From IMG/VR virus record IMGVR_UViG_3300042894_001948: DNA of 61,328 bases. One strand, written 5' to 3'. The notes under the pieces are model-generated. The model had not been told where the DNA came from. It was given only the letters and a program-made list of their open reading frames with translations, and made no database searches. This document shows, one piece after another, positions 1 through 9,105 of the stretch (position 1 is the first letter of the stretch; each line of letters starts with the position of its first letter). Position numbers and translations under genes: made by a program. This DNA is from a virus. Its lineage: Duplodnaviria > Heunggongvirae > Uroviricota > Caudoviricetes.

Positions 1-62
1 AAGCATAGTTTCAATTCGTATTGATCCTCATTTTACGATAAATATTAGAATGAGGATCATTT

Positions 63-422
63 ATGTCACGATTAATTATTAAAACAGGTACACTTCCAAA
101 CGATAAAACCGGCGATAGTTTATTCGCTGCTTTTAACAAAGTTAATGCTAACTTTGAGGAATTGTACGCATTCACAGGCGGATCGACTGCCAATCTCAAA
201 GAACTTATACAAGACACAATAGCAGAAATGATAGCCAACGGGACTCTGTTTGGTTTAACTGCTAATTATGACGACCCAAATAACGCACTTGATTTACACG
301 TTACAGATGCACTATTAGATGGTGGTATTGCATCTATTGTATTTGACGAATTAGGTTTTGACGGCGGGGTTGCTAATACAACTACATTTACAGATATGCT
401 AATCAACGGAGGAGCCGCATAA
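63..422 (+). CDS. Small virion/baseplate-associated protein
   Basis: N-terminal NDKTGDSLFAAFNKVNANFEELY motif resembles T4 gp9/gp10-type structural N-termini; late promoter ATAAATA at 38-44. Confidence 0.55.
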   Translation: MSRLIIKTGTLPNDKTGDSLFAAFNKVNANFEELYAFTGGSTANLKELIQDTIAEMIANGTLFGLTANYDDPNNALDLHVTDALLDGGIASIVFDELGFDGGVANTTTFTDMLINGGAA

Positions 423-3400
423 TGGCAAATAAAATACAAATAAGAAGGGATACTACTACAAACTGGACGGCAGTAAATCCTATTCTAAGCGAAGGCGAAC
501 TTGGCTTAGATACTACATTAAATAAAATTAAAATAGGTAACGGTACTGCACAATGGTCTGCATTATCATTTTATACTGGAAACCCAAGTTCATTAGTAAA
601 CGGATTACATACAGTTAGTTTAAATTCATCAGGCGTTGTGACATTTCCTGGTAATATTGCTACAGACGGAAATCATCTTACAGGTTGGAGTGGGAATTTA
701 GATCTTAATATTGACGGTAGCATAAAATTATCTGCAGATGCTAACTGTGCATTAACATTACAAGCTAATTCTCATCAATGGGCATTTGGAACAGATGGTA
801 AATTAACATTACCAAATAGCGGCAAAATATTTGATTACGCTGGTGGCGTCGGTGTTCTCGGCATACGTATTAGTAGAACTTTTCAAACTCCCAACAATGC
901 AGACTCTGCAAACTTTGGAACAAACACAATAAAACTAGTGCTATCAGATGTTGAGGCAGAAGAGATAAGAGAATACATATTAGCAGGTATTGGAGTAAGG
1001 GTTTGGTTCAACCAAGGAGACAGTTATCCAATTACCAGTTGTGTTCAAGTGTCTACTGGTGTATGGACCATAACAGCCTTGAACATGGGCAACAGATTTA
1101 CTACTTTTGCGGCTAGTAACACATTGATATTCATCTACACTGGCTCTACACCAAATAACTATACAGACTTTGAGGAATATGTGCCAGTAGGTGCCGGTGC
1201 TGCCGTTGTTGTTTTTAAAGGTGGAAACAGTTGGTACTTTGACAGAGATGGTGATCTCTCACTGCCAGGTACTATTCGCAACGCTATGACTGGTGATAAT
1301 CTTTTAAATCCTACCAAGCTGATCAACGGTGCTCACCAGGTAGTATTAAATGTAAATGGCACAACGCCATATGTGACGTTTCCGGCACTGGCCGGAGCAA
1401 ATGTATTAATTCAAGGCGGTGAGATTACGGTAGATGGTACTGGCGCAGCAAGCGCCGCTAGCTTGGCAAGCACCGAGGACCATGTGAGATTAGTTGCCAA
1501 TGCCGCTACTAGTGGTCTGCGAAGAGATTGGATATTTGGTACTAATGGTAACTTAACATTACCTAAAGGTGGCAGTGTAAGTGAAACATCTAATACTATA
1601 GCATTTGCTCCACCTACTGCAGCAGCTGGTCAAAGTTTAGTTATTCGTCCAACTGCTGGACAATTTACTATATCAACAGATCATCTAAGTGGATTTGTTC
1701 CAGGTGAATCTATAACAATAACGGTATCAACTCAATTTGGCAGCGATAGTGGTGAATTGTACTATACAATCACTGGGGCTACTACTGAACAATTAGGACG
1801 TGCAACAACTGGTACACTAACATTTAGTTCAGAGTCTACAAAAGCAGTAACTTGGACAATACCTGTACAAAGCAGTATGACTACATTTACATTTGATCTA
1901 ACTGGCGGAACTGGGTTTCCAGGACCTGGCGGAATTTATGTTGAACAGTTGCCTGAGATTACAGTTACATTAAATGGATCAGCAAGTTCTGAAAACAATC
2001 ACGTACATTTAGTAGCTGGTAATCCAACTACTGTTGACATGTATTTAGGTGATGACGACCAATATGTTAAGATTGAGAAAAATGCAGGTAATGTAGTTGT
2101 TGGTACTAATTTAAATACACATCAGTGGATATTTGGTACTAATAGTAACTTAACATTGCCTAATGCGTCTACAATATCTCCAGTATCACAAGTTGGTTAC
2201 AGTTATGGTCCATATGCCTCTGACATTTATAATAACACTACAGGCGGAGCGTTGTCCAGTGGAACTCAAACTGTTATTAATATAGGCGATACTGTACATA
2301 ATAATCTATTTGATCCTCCGGTTCCAAATGCTACTACTACAACAGGCACTATTGCTTCAAACGGTGATTTTGATCCAGGTACAAGCACTGGAACTTTTGA
2401 CCTGCACACTAATATAATAGTTAGTGGTCAGTCGTTAGGCGACTTATGGTATAGAGATGAAAATAATACAGCAGCTGGATTTACACTTGCCCAATCCGGT
2501 GTGCCATATACTGGACCTGTAGTAACAGCGGGTACACTTATATCTGGATATTCTGGGTGGATTACTCGTACTCCAAAAACAACAACATATATCAGATGGG
2601 CAGACGGGTCTAGATCACAAGTAACTGGAAGTAGGGTTAATCTATATCCAAATAGTTCAAATAGTGGGCTAATAACTACTGACAATGTAAGTGGAAAATC
2701 GTTCCCTGCAACGTTATATACTGCAAATTATATACCAAGTGGAACAGCAATTGGTGTCAACGGCAATGATTGGAAATTTGGCACAGATGGTAAATTAAAA
2801 TTACCAGGTACGGCATACAATAATACTTCGCCAAACTATATACATGCTAATCAAGGTATTGGATTGCACCCAACTCACAATACAGGCGGTACTGGTCCAG
2901 AATTATACATTTACTACAACGATGGTATAGTAGTTCAACCGTTTACTAATGATTACCTCACACCCAATAATGCTGCAGCACCGTTATATATTTCTGGTTC
3001 AAATTTGCCAAGTGGTAGTGCATCAACAGGTAAAACTGCTGGAAATGTTTATATAGAAGGTGGACGCAATGCCCAAGATAACACCTACGGCAAAGTAGTT
3101 GTTAAGAGCGGCACGAATCAATGGCAATTTAATTCAAGCGGTCAATTAACATTCCCAGATACTACTATTCAGCATACTGCCTACAGAGAACCAGATGTAA
3201 CAAATCAATTCTATGTTGATCCGTTTGCTGCAAATACTTATACCCCAACTGGAAGTATACTAAAACCATTTAGAACTATTGCTGCTGCACAAGCAGAAAT
3301 AGAAGCTCGTATCACAGCTAATACATTAGTTCCAGGAGAACTTAATCCGATCTTTATTGTGTTAACTGGATCTATTACTGAAAATGTAACGTTAACTAGA

Positions 3401-4237
3401 GGTCATGTGTTCTTAACTACACTAAACGGTGGTATACATACTCCAATTTATTTAACTGGACAGATTACGATTAATGGTAACAACTCTTCTACAGGTGCAA
3501 TCGACGCTAATCACTTTGCTATTACTGGTTTAACTATTATTGGACCTAATCAAGGTGCTTGTATATACTTTACCGGTACCAACGCACAACGTCTGCAAGT
3601 ACAAGATATCTGGTTAACTGCGCGTGGTAGCCAAACTGGTACAACACCGTTCGTTGACGCAGGCGGTTATGGTATTTTTTCTGATAACTCAGGCGTAAGA
3701 GCAAGTGATAACAAACGTTCACCTATTCACGGCAGTGATGTTAAAATTAGTCATACTGGTTCTGGTGACGTGTATTGCTTTAGATTTAGCAACGGGTCTA
3801 CCGGTGAATTTGATAATGTAGAAACCAGTGGAGCTACACAAGTAGGTGCTGCAGGATCTGGTTCATTATTAGCGTTTACTAACTCTACACTAGATGCTAA
3901 CGGTGAGGTTATATTAGAAGCATACGGCACTGGATCTATTTCAGTTAATAACTGTTTACTTTCTAATTCAAATACTGGTGTTTCATACGGTATTTGGTTA
4001 CACGACTTAGGTGGTAACGCAATTATTATTAATACTGTAATTTCAGTGGCATCATCTAATGCTGCAAGTCGCATGATTAAAGGGAATGCAACAGATCCAA
4101 CTGGTGTGTTCTATAATAATATTATGGTAGGTAAATCAACTACATATCCGTATCCAGATTTAAATAAGAAAGTAGATAATACTGTTGTGTTAACAGCTTT
4201 AACTGGTGCTGCTGGTTTAACTGCAGTTAATCCTTAA
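422..4237 (+). CDS. Tail fibre / receptor-binding protein
   Basis: IQIRRDTTTNWTAVNPILSEGELGLDT..KIKIGNG N-terminus (Mtd_N/hyaluronidase-type fibre anchor); G/T/S/N-rich; repeated WxFGTxGxLxLP linkers. Confidence 0.75.
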   Translation: MANKIQIRRDTTTNWTAVNPILSEGELGLDTTLNKIKIGNGTAQWSALSFYTGNPSSLVNGLHTVSLNSSGVVTFPGNIATDGNHLTGWSGNLDLNIDGSIKLSADANCALTLQANSHQWAFGTDGKLTLPNSGKIFDYAGGVGVLGIRISRTFQTPNNADSANFGTNTIKLVLSDVEAEEIREYILAGIGVRVWFNQGDSYPITSCVQVSTGVWTITALNMGNRFTTFAASNTLIFIYTGSTPNNYTDFEEYVPVGAGAAVVVFKGGNSWYFDRDGDLSLPGTIRNAMTGDNLLNPTKLINGAHQVVLNVNGTTPYVTFPALAGANVLIQGGEITVDGTGAASAASLASTEDHVRLVANAATSGLRRDWIFGTNGNLTLPKGGSVSETSNTIAFAPPTAAAGQSLVIRPTAGQFTISTDHLSGFVPGESITITVSTQFGSDSGELYYTITGATTEQLGRATTGTLTFSSESTKAVTWTIPVQSSMTTFTFDLTGGTGFPGPGGIYVEQLPEITVTLNGSASSENNHVHLVAGNPTTVDMYLGDDDQYVKIEKNAGNVVVGTNLNTHQWIFGTNSNLTLPNASTISPVSQVGYSYGPYASDIYNNTTGGALSSGTQTVINIGDTVHNNLFDPPVPNATTTTGTIASNGDFDPGTSTGTFDLHTNIIVSGQSLGDLWYRDENNTAAGFTLAQSGVPYTGPVVTAGTLISGYSGWITRTPKTTTYIRWADGSRSQVTGSRVNLYPNSSNSGLITTDNVSGKSFPATLYTANYIPSGTAIGVNGNDWKFGTDGKLKLPGTAYNNTSPNYIHANQGIGLHPTHNTGGTGPELYIYYNDGIVVQPFTNDYLTPNNAAAPLYISGSNLPSGSASTGKTAGNVYIEGGRNAQDNTYGKVVVKSGTNQWQFNSSGQLTFPDTTIQHTAYREPDVTNQFYVDPFAANTYTPTGSILKPFRTIAAAQAEIEARITANTLVPGELNPIFIVLTGSITENVTLTRGHVFLTTLNGGIHTPIYLTGQITINGNNSSTGAIDANHFAITGLTIIGPNQGACIYFTGTNAQRLQVQDIWLTARGSQTGTTPFVDAGGYGIFSDNSGVRASDNKRSPIHGSDVKISHTGSGDVYCFRFSNGSTGEFDNVETSGATQVGAAGSGSLLAFTNSTLDANGEVILEAYGTGSISVNNCLLSNSNTGVSYGIWLHDLGGNAIIINTVISVASSNAASRMIKGNATDPTGVFYNNIMVGKSTTYPYPDLNKKVDNTVVLTALTGAAGLTAVNP

Positions 4238-4258
4238 CAATTTAAATTAACAAATACT

Positions 4259-4282
4259 AAAGCCGCGTTAAGCGGCTTTTTT
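4259..4282 (+). terminator. Rho-independent terminator
   Basis: aaagccgc-gttaa-gcggcttttt after the fibre gene. Confidence 0.85.
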
Positions 4283-4287
4283 ATCTC

Positions 4288-4316
4288 TTGCATTTTTTGC
4301 AAAATTATACTATAAT
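4288..4316 (+). promoter_or_regulatory. sigma70-type early promoter
   Basis: TTGCAT-17 nt-TATAAT. Confidence 0.7.
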
Positions 4317-4340
4317 ATACAAAACATAAGGAGTTCATTT

Positions 4341-4427
4341 ATGTATACAGACATATTAATTATAATAGCATCAATATCAATACCGCTTATAATTACACTT
4401 TTAACTATACTATCAGGAAAAGAATAA
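4341..4427 (+). CDS. 28-aa membrane peptide (not in ORF track)
   Basis: AGGAG SD; MYTDILIIIASISIPLIITLLTILSGKE; stop overlaps the next ATG. Confidence 0.5.
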   Translation: MYTDILIIIASISIPLIITLLTILSGKE

Positions 4428-4975
4428 TGGGAATGTTTGATTCATTTTACGTAAGAGGCGTTGAAGTACAAACAAAAGCTCTTGATAACAATTTAAGCAG
4501 TTTTCAGTTAGGTGACACTGTTCCTAACTACGAAGGTAACTTTGACGGGCCAACAGGCACTTACTACTTAATTGAAGATTCATGGCCAACTAAGGAATGG
4601 TACGGACTTATTATAATTGACAACATATTTGTTGATGCAGTTAAAGCGCAAACAGAAGAAGAAGTAAGGCGAATAACAACAACAACATTTGCAACTCTTA
4701 AAGAAAGACCAGAGTTTGTTGCACAATTACTAACTGCAATAGTTAAAACAGAACTTAATCCAAAACTTAAACTTGCAGAACTTAAATTAAAACGGATTAG
4801 ATCTATCATTTATGATTACAAACAATCACTAGATCCAGACACTGATAACCGTATACGTATGTTTAGTTCATTGCATCCTAAAATTGATGAGTTTAGAAAA
4901 GGTGCAAAATTAGAAGTATTCATTAACGAAATACTTGAAGGTAAATTTTTAAATAATAATGAGGAGGATGAATGA
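4427..4975 (+). CDS. Hypothetical protein
   Basis: 182-aa ORF in a translationally coupled operon. Confidence 0.7.
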   Translation: MGMFDSFYVRGVEVQTKALDNNLSSFQLGDTVPNYEGNFDGPTGTYYLIEDSWPTKEWYGLIIIDNIFVDAVKAQTEEEVRRITTTTFATLKERPEFVAQLLTAIVKTELNPKLKLAELKLKRIRSIIYDYKQSLDPDTDNRIRMFSSLHPKIDEFRKGAKLEVFINEILEGKFLNNNEEDE

Positions 4976-6066
4976 GCATGTTTCCAACTATAACTAACTT
5001 AGATGATTTTAAAGCTAATGTAGGTGAAATACCTGGCATTGAGTTTAAAACTAATGAGGATGGTTATACAGTTGCGTCTTACTATATTTTAGATAGTAAA
5101 GTATTTGACAATCCATATGCGCGTGAGTGCCGTGGTATTACATTTGATAAAAACGGCAAACTAGTTTCACGCCCATTTCACAAGTTTTTTAACTTAGGTG
5201 AAAAAGAAGCTACTTTAGAATCTAACTTAGATTGGAATGACGTTGAATCTGTAATGGATAAACGCGATGGCTCAATGATATCTCCTGTGCTATTTCCAGA
5301 TGGTACTATTAAGTTCAAAACTAAACGTACTTACACATCTGATGAAGCAATACACGCTAATAACACATTTGGGCCAGGTACTCCGCAATATGAAATGTCA
5401 AAAGAGTTATGCCAATTAGATTGCACTCCAATCTTTGAATTAACTTCTCCTGTAAATCGTATTGTAGTAGCATACAAAGAATCCGAACTTACCCTACTAG
5501 CAGTACGACACAATGAGTCAGGTAACTATATTACACGCGGAGAAATTGAAGCGTTAGGTTCTGCATGGAATGTGCCTATAGTTGGTACTAACTTATGGTC
5601 TAACATTGAAGACTACAAAGATAAAATCAACACGCTAACTGCGTTTGAAGGTTTTGTAATTCAGTTCCATACTGGCGAAATGATTAAAATGAAAACTTTG
5701 TGGTATATGTCGTTGCATCGTAATGTTACATTTACTACAGAGAAAAACATAGTTGAAATGATCTTTGATGAAACTCTTGATGACTTCAAAGCATACTGTA
5801 CTACAGTTGAAGATTTTGATTTGTTTGATAAAGTGGTAGAAATTGAATCACGTGTAAACGACACATTATCTGAAATCATCGAAGACGTAAACACTACTGT
5901 TAATACTTGCGGTATTGAAACTGGACAATTTAAAGAGTTTGCGTTAACGTACAATAATCATCCACTATTTTGGCTACTGATGATGAAGTTTAAAGGTCAA
6001 GAACCTGCGTATGCCAAATACTTTTTAAACAACCATTTACACGAATATTCACGGGAGTGTATATAA
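4972..6066 (+). CDS. rnlA: RNA ligase 1 (T4 RnlA-like)
   Basis: ECRGITF, RPFHKFFNLGE, motif I KRDGSMI, EGFVI, KMKTLWY. Confidence 0.85.
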   Translation: MSMFPTITNLDDFKANVGEIPGIEFKTNEDGYTVASYYILDSKVFDNPYARECRGITFDKNGKLVSRPFHKFFNLGEKEATLESNLDWNDVESVMDKRDGSMISPVLFPDGTIKFKTKRTYTSDEAIHANNTFGPGTPQYEMSKELCQLDCTPIFELTSPVNRIVVAYKESELTLLAVRHNESGNYITRGEIEALGSAWNVPIVGTNLWSNIEDYKDKINTLTAFEGFVIQFHTGEMIKMKTLWYMSLHRNVTFTTEKNIVEMIFDETLDDFKAYCTTVEDFDLFDKVVEIESRVNDTLSEIIEDVNTTVNTCGIETGQFKEFALTYNNHPLFWLLMMKFKGQEPAYAKYFLNNHLHEYSRECI

Positions 6067-6284
6067 TGAAAAAAGATTTAGAAAAAGCACTTAACAAACA
6101 ACTACAAGGTCCACTTACTGATAAACAGTGGAAGTATTTTAAAAGCATCTGCAATCATCAATTAATTTCAATGGATGACACTGCACTTGAACGTAACTCT
6201 CCATTTATGACTGCACGATATTGGTTTGATATCGGATGGCGTGCTAAGAAAATTATTAAAGCACGTAAAAAGGCAGCTGCATAA
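6066..6284 (+). CDS. Hypothetical protein
   Basis: ATG overlaps the rnl stop; 72 aa. Confidence 0.6.
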   Translation: MKKDLEKALNKQLQGPLTDKQWKYFKSICNHQLISMDDTALERNSPFMTARYWFDIGWRAKKIIKARKKAAA

Positions 6285-6577
6285 TGGAAACGTTATTGAT
6301 GCTGTTTTTCTCATCGTATTGTTCAGTACTGCTGTTAGGATTTCAATCTCAAATTGTACGCGACAAACATGTTCTAACTGCATTTATTACATCACTAATG
6401 CTTGGTACTTGCCAACTAGTTTTATTTAAATTAGCACCAACTGCATCTACTTACGAAAGTATAGTATTTGTACTAGGCGGTGCATGTGGTATTGTATCAA
6501 GCATTTACTTACACAACTTTTGGCTATGGGTGCGTAGCCGTAAACACTCGAGGTATAAACATGAGCGTTATGACTGA
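6284..6577 (+). CDS. Small membrane protein
   Basis: Three hydrophobic segments; coupled start. Confidence 0.6.
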   Translation: METLLMLFFSSYCSVLLLGFQSQIVRDKHVLTAFITSLMLGTCQLVLFKLAPTASTYESIVFVLGGACGIVSSIYLHNFWLWVRSRKHSRYKHERYD

Positions 6578-6722
6578 TTTTACGCTTGGCACAATTTTTA
6601 ACTTAATATCATTTATTGGTATTATGCTTTTACTTGCTGGTTTTAATCCTATTATTGGCGGAGCATTGGTTTCTGTTGGATTAGTTGCATTTTCTCTATT
6701 AATTGTGTTTCATAAGATTTGA
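6561..6722 (+). CDS. Small membrane protein
   Basis: GAGG SD; two hydrophobic segments. Confidence 0.5.
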   Translation: MSVMTDFTLGTIFNLISFIGIMLLLAGFNPIIGGALVSVGLVAFSLLIVFHKI

Positions 6723-6771
6723 CATCGTATACAAAATATAGTATAATATTATTTTTAACTTAGGAGTCCAC

Positions 6772-7260
6772 ATGATACAAAAAGTTTCATTTAGATCTAT
6801 GAACAATGGTGTAGAATCACGCAACAAAGTTATGGTCTATGACTTTTCAAAAAAAGAAAGAGGCATTACTCAATTACTTGTTAATGCAGCTGCACACGAA
6901 TCACTAAGAGGTAACACAGTAGTGTTTCTTAGTATGGAAATGCATGAAGATGCAATTAAAAAACGATTCAATGACGCAAATTCAAATGTTGAAAACATTC
7001 ATATTATTGAAAGCTTAATGAGTGTAGCAGTAAAATCTACACATGAGATTTACAATGGTGAAATGGTTCCTTACTTATTTGAACTTTACAAAGGTGTTGA
7101 TTTAGCAGTTAAGCCAAACATACTTGTTATTGACTGTGCTGACTTCTTAGTTGGTACAGCTATAATTAACAAACTAATTCACTTTGCAGATAACGAGAAT
7201 ATCAACATTTATACTGCAATCCGTAACAAAAGCAGATTACCAAACGTATGGGAGGAATAA
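6772..7260 (+). CDS. Hypothetical protein with degenerate DnaB/RecA-like core (VVFLSMEM, LVIDC)
   Basis: AGGAG SD and upstream TTGACA promoter; no Walker A motif. Confidence 0.5.
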   Translation: MIQKVSFRSMNNGVESRNKVMVYDFSKKERGITQLLVNAAAHESLRGNTVVFLSMEMHEDAIKKRFNDANSNVENIHIIESLMSVAVKSTHEIYNGEMVPYLFELYKGVDLAVKPNILVIDCADFLVGTAIINKLIHFADNENINIYTAIRNKSRLPNVWEE

Positions 7261-7619
7261 TGATAGACTCACGAAAGCTACAAAAATACACAAAACAAGA
7301 TCATGCAGCATACTTGTTCATTAACGATTTAGACCGCAAACTACGGTCCGATCAGGCTACTAGACTTGATCGTGTATTAACTGTAGTAATGTACGATAAA
7401 ATAAAAGAAAATAAAGGCTTGTTTAGTCCTAGACAATACAATCCAACTAAAGAGCCTGGCGTTGATTGGTATTATCAGCCATCTGTTGCTACTTGGTTTA
7501 CTGAACCAATGATGGCAAAATTAGTAGACGATCTTGACGAATACGGTTACCATTTACGAGCCGAGGGACATGATTCTCCGCAATTTGATCACGCATTCAA
7601 ATTAACTATTACTTGGTGA
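7260..7619 (+). CDS. Hypothetical protein
   Basis: GGAGG SD; coupled start. Confidence 0.6.
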   Translation: MIDSRKLQKYTKQDHAAYLFINDLDRKLRSDQATRLDRVLTVVMYDKIKENKGLFSPRQYNPTKEPGVDWYYQPSVATWFTEPMMAKLVDDLDEYGYHLRAEGHDSPQFDHAFKLTITW

Positions 7620-7622
7620 TTT

Positions 7623-7949
7623 ATGAAAAAATACTTTTTGGTTTTATTATTAGTAAGTACAGCGTATGCCAATGACGATATTGACATTACTCCTATGCTT
7701 GAGAAATATGCAGCAGCTAATCCAGTACAGCCGTTACCTGATGTAGTTTTTCCAATTGAAGATGATATGCCAAAGAGTAAACAAGGTAAGTCTACTATAC
7801 GTAAGACTAACGGTAAGTGTACTGAAGCAGTATCACTAATGGAAGTTTGTAAATCTCCATTACAACTTAAATATGAAAGATTCCGCGCTACCTTAAAAGC
7901 TAAGGCGGCTGCAAAACGCAAACAAGTATTAGAAAAAGGTAAGAAATGA
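7623..7949 (+). CDS. Secreted hypothetical protein
   Basis: Signal peptide MKKYFLVLLLVSTAYA. Confidence 0.6.
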   Translation: MKKYFLVLLLVSTAYANDDIDITPMLEKYAAANPVQPLPDVVFPIEDDMPKSKQGKSTIRKTNGKCTEAVSLMEVCKSPLQLKYERFRATLKAKAAAKRKQVLEKGKK

Positions 7950-8506
7950 AAAACCACGTGATGCTGGATTTGGAAACTTTGTCAACTAAGACAAATGCAA
8001 CGATCTTAACTCTAGGCGCTGTTAGATTTGATCCGCTCGGAAACGACCCAATTGAAGAGAAAGATAAGCTATATATTAAAATAGACTTAGACAGTTGCGC
8101 AGACTTAGATCTACACATTGACGATAACACTATTGAATGGTGGGCTAAACAGTCACCAGAAGCACAAGAAGAAGCGTTTGGTGAAGAAGGTAGATTGTCT
8201 GCAACTGATGCATTTACTCAACTCTACAAGTTCTGTTGGGGTGCAAGTTGCTTTTGGTCAAATGGTGCAGGGTTTGATATTGTAGTATGTGACACTTACT
8301 TTGATCGTATACAAAAAGCTGCTCCATGGAAGTATTGGGCAATACGCGATGTACGCACAATGTTTGATCTAGGCATTGATCCAAAAATGCCACAAGTAAC
8401 AGCTCACAATGCTGTAGAAGATGCTGTAGCACAAGCAATCGGTGTACAGAATGTATCACAAGTACTAATGGAACATGGCATTACTCCATTTAAGAAATAC
8501 AAATGA
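7946..8506 (+). CDS. DEDDh 3'-5' exoribonuclease (Rv2179c/DUF5051-like)
   Basis: VMLDLETL, WSNGAGFD, RDVRT, HNAVEDA motifs. Confidence 0.8.
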   Translation: MKNHVMLDLETLSTKTNATILTLGAVRFDPLGNDPIEEKDKLYIKIDLDSCADLDLHIDDNTIEWWAKQSPEAQEEAFGEEGRLSATDAFTQLYKFCWGASCFWSNGAGFDIVVCDTYFDRIQKAAPWKYWAIRDVRTMFDLGIDPKMPQVTAHNAVEDAVAQAIGVQNVSQVLMEHGITPFKKYK

Positions 8507-8730
8507 AACTAAAATATCATGCATTATTTAAAACGCAGCTGGAATCATTTCCAGCTGATACAGGTGTCGGGTTATTGTGGTACATGATTATAGGCAATAG
8601 TGGTCGACACATTGAACGAATGCCAGTAAGCATTAGCAATCCCGTAAACGACATTAAAAAACGTTTGAACCCAAATAAATACAAGTTTATAGAAATAACA
8701 AATCAAATGCCGGTGTTTAAAAAATTATGA
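8503..8730 (+). CDS. Hypothetical protein
   Basis: Coupled ORF in operon. Confidence 0.55.
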   Translation: MKLKYHALFKTQLESFPADTGVGLLWYMIIGNSGRHIERMPVSISNPVNDIKKRLNPNKYKFIEITNQMPVFKKL

Positions 8731-9029
8731 AACAATATACAAACAATTTACACGTAGTACAAGCAATGCAATTTGAATACTCTGATACGGGCATTGAACA
8801 ATTAAAAGGATTCCTTGGTGAAGAATTAATTCAGTATGGAAAAGATCGCCAACCTTATGCAATGGGTTGGGCAGAGATAGGAGTTGTAGAGCATAATCAT
8901 AATCTAGCCCCGCCTGCAAAGTATATTGCAACAGAAGGCGATTATGTTGTTAAAGATATTAATGGTGAATTTTTCACATGTAAATTAGATTTCTTTAATG
9001 AATATTATTCAGAAATTATTCAAAAATAA
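8727..9029 (+). CDS. Conserved phage protein (PGDYG-like)
   Basis: ATEGDYVVKDINGEFFTCK motif. Confidence 0.6.
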   Translation: MKQYTNNLHVVQAMQFEYSDTGIEQLKGFLGEELIQYGKDRQPYAMGWAEIGVVEHNHNLAPPAKYIATEGDYVVKDINGEFFTCKLDFFNEYYSEIIQK

Positions 9030-9046
9030 CAAGTATTAAAGTATTC

Positions 9047-9105
9047 GGGTTTAATACACGGGCATAGTGTCCAAATTACTCGCTTAAATATATAGGAGAA
9101 ATACA
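9047..9105 (+). repeat. 5' leader duplicated upstream of dnaK (copy 1)
   Basis: gggtttaatacacgggcatagtgtccaaattactcgcttaaatatataggagaaataca; near identical to 10685-10742. Confidence 0.9.

Noticed and set aside
422-4237. Diversity-generating retroelement target
   Set aside because: No reverse transcriptase and no adenine-variable template repeat seen in this window.
6772-7260. Replicative helicase DnaB
   Set aside because: Too short and lacks Walker A; only a partial motif resemblance.
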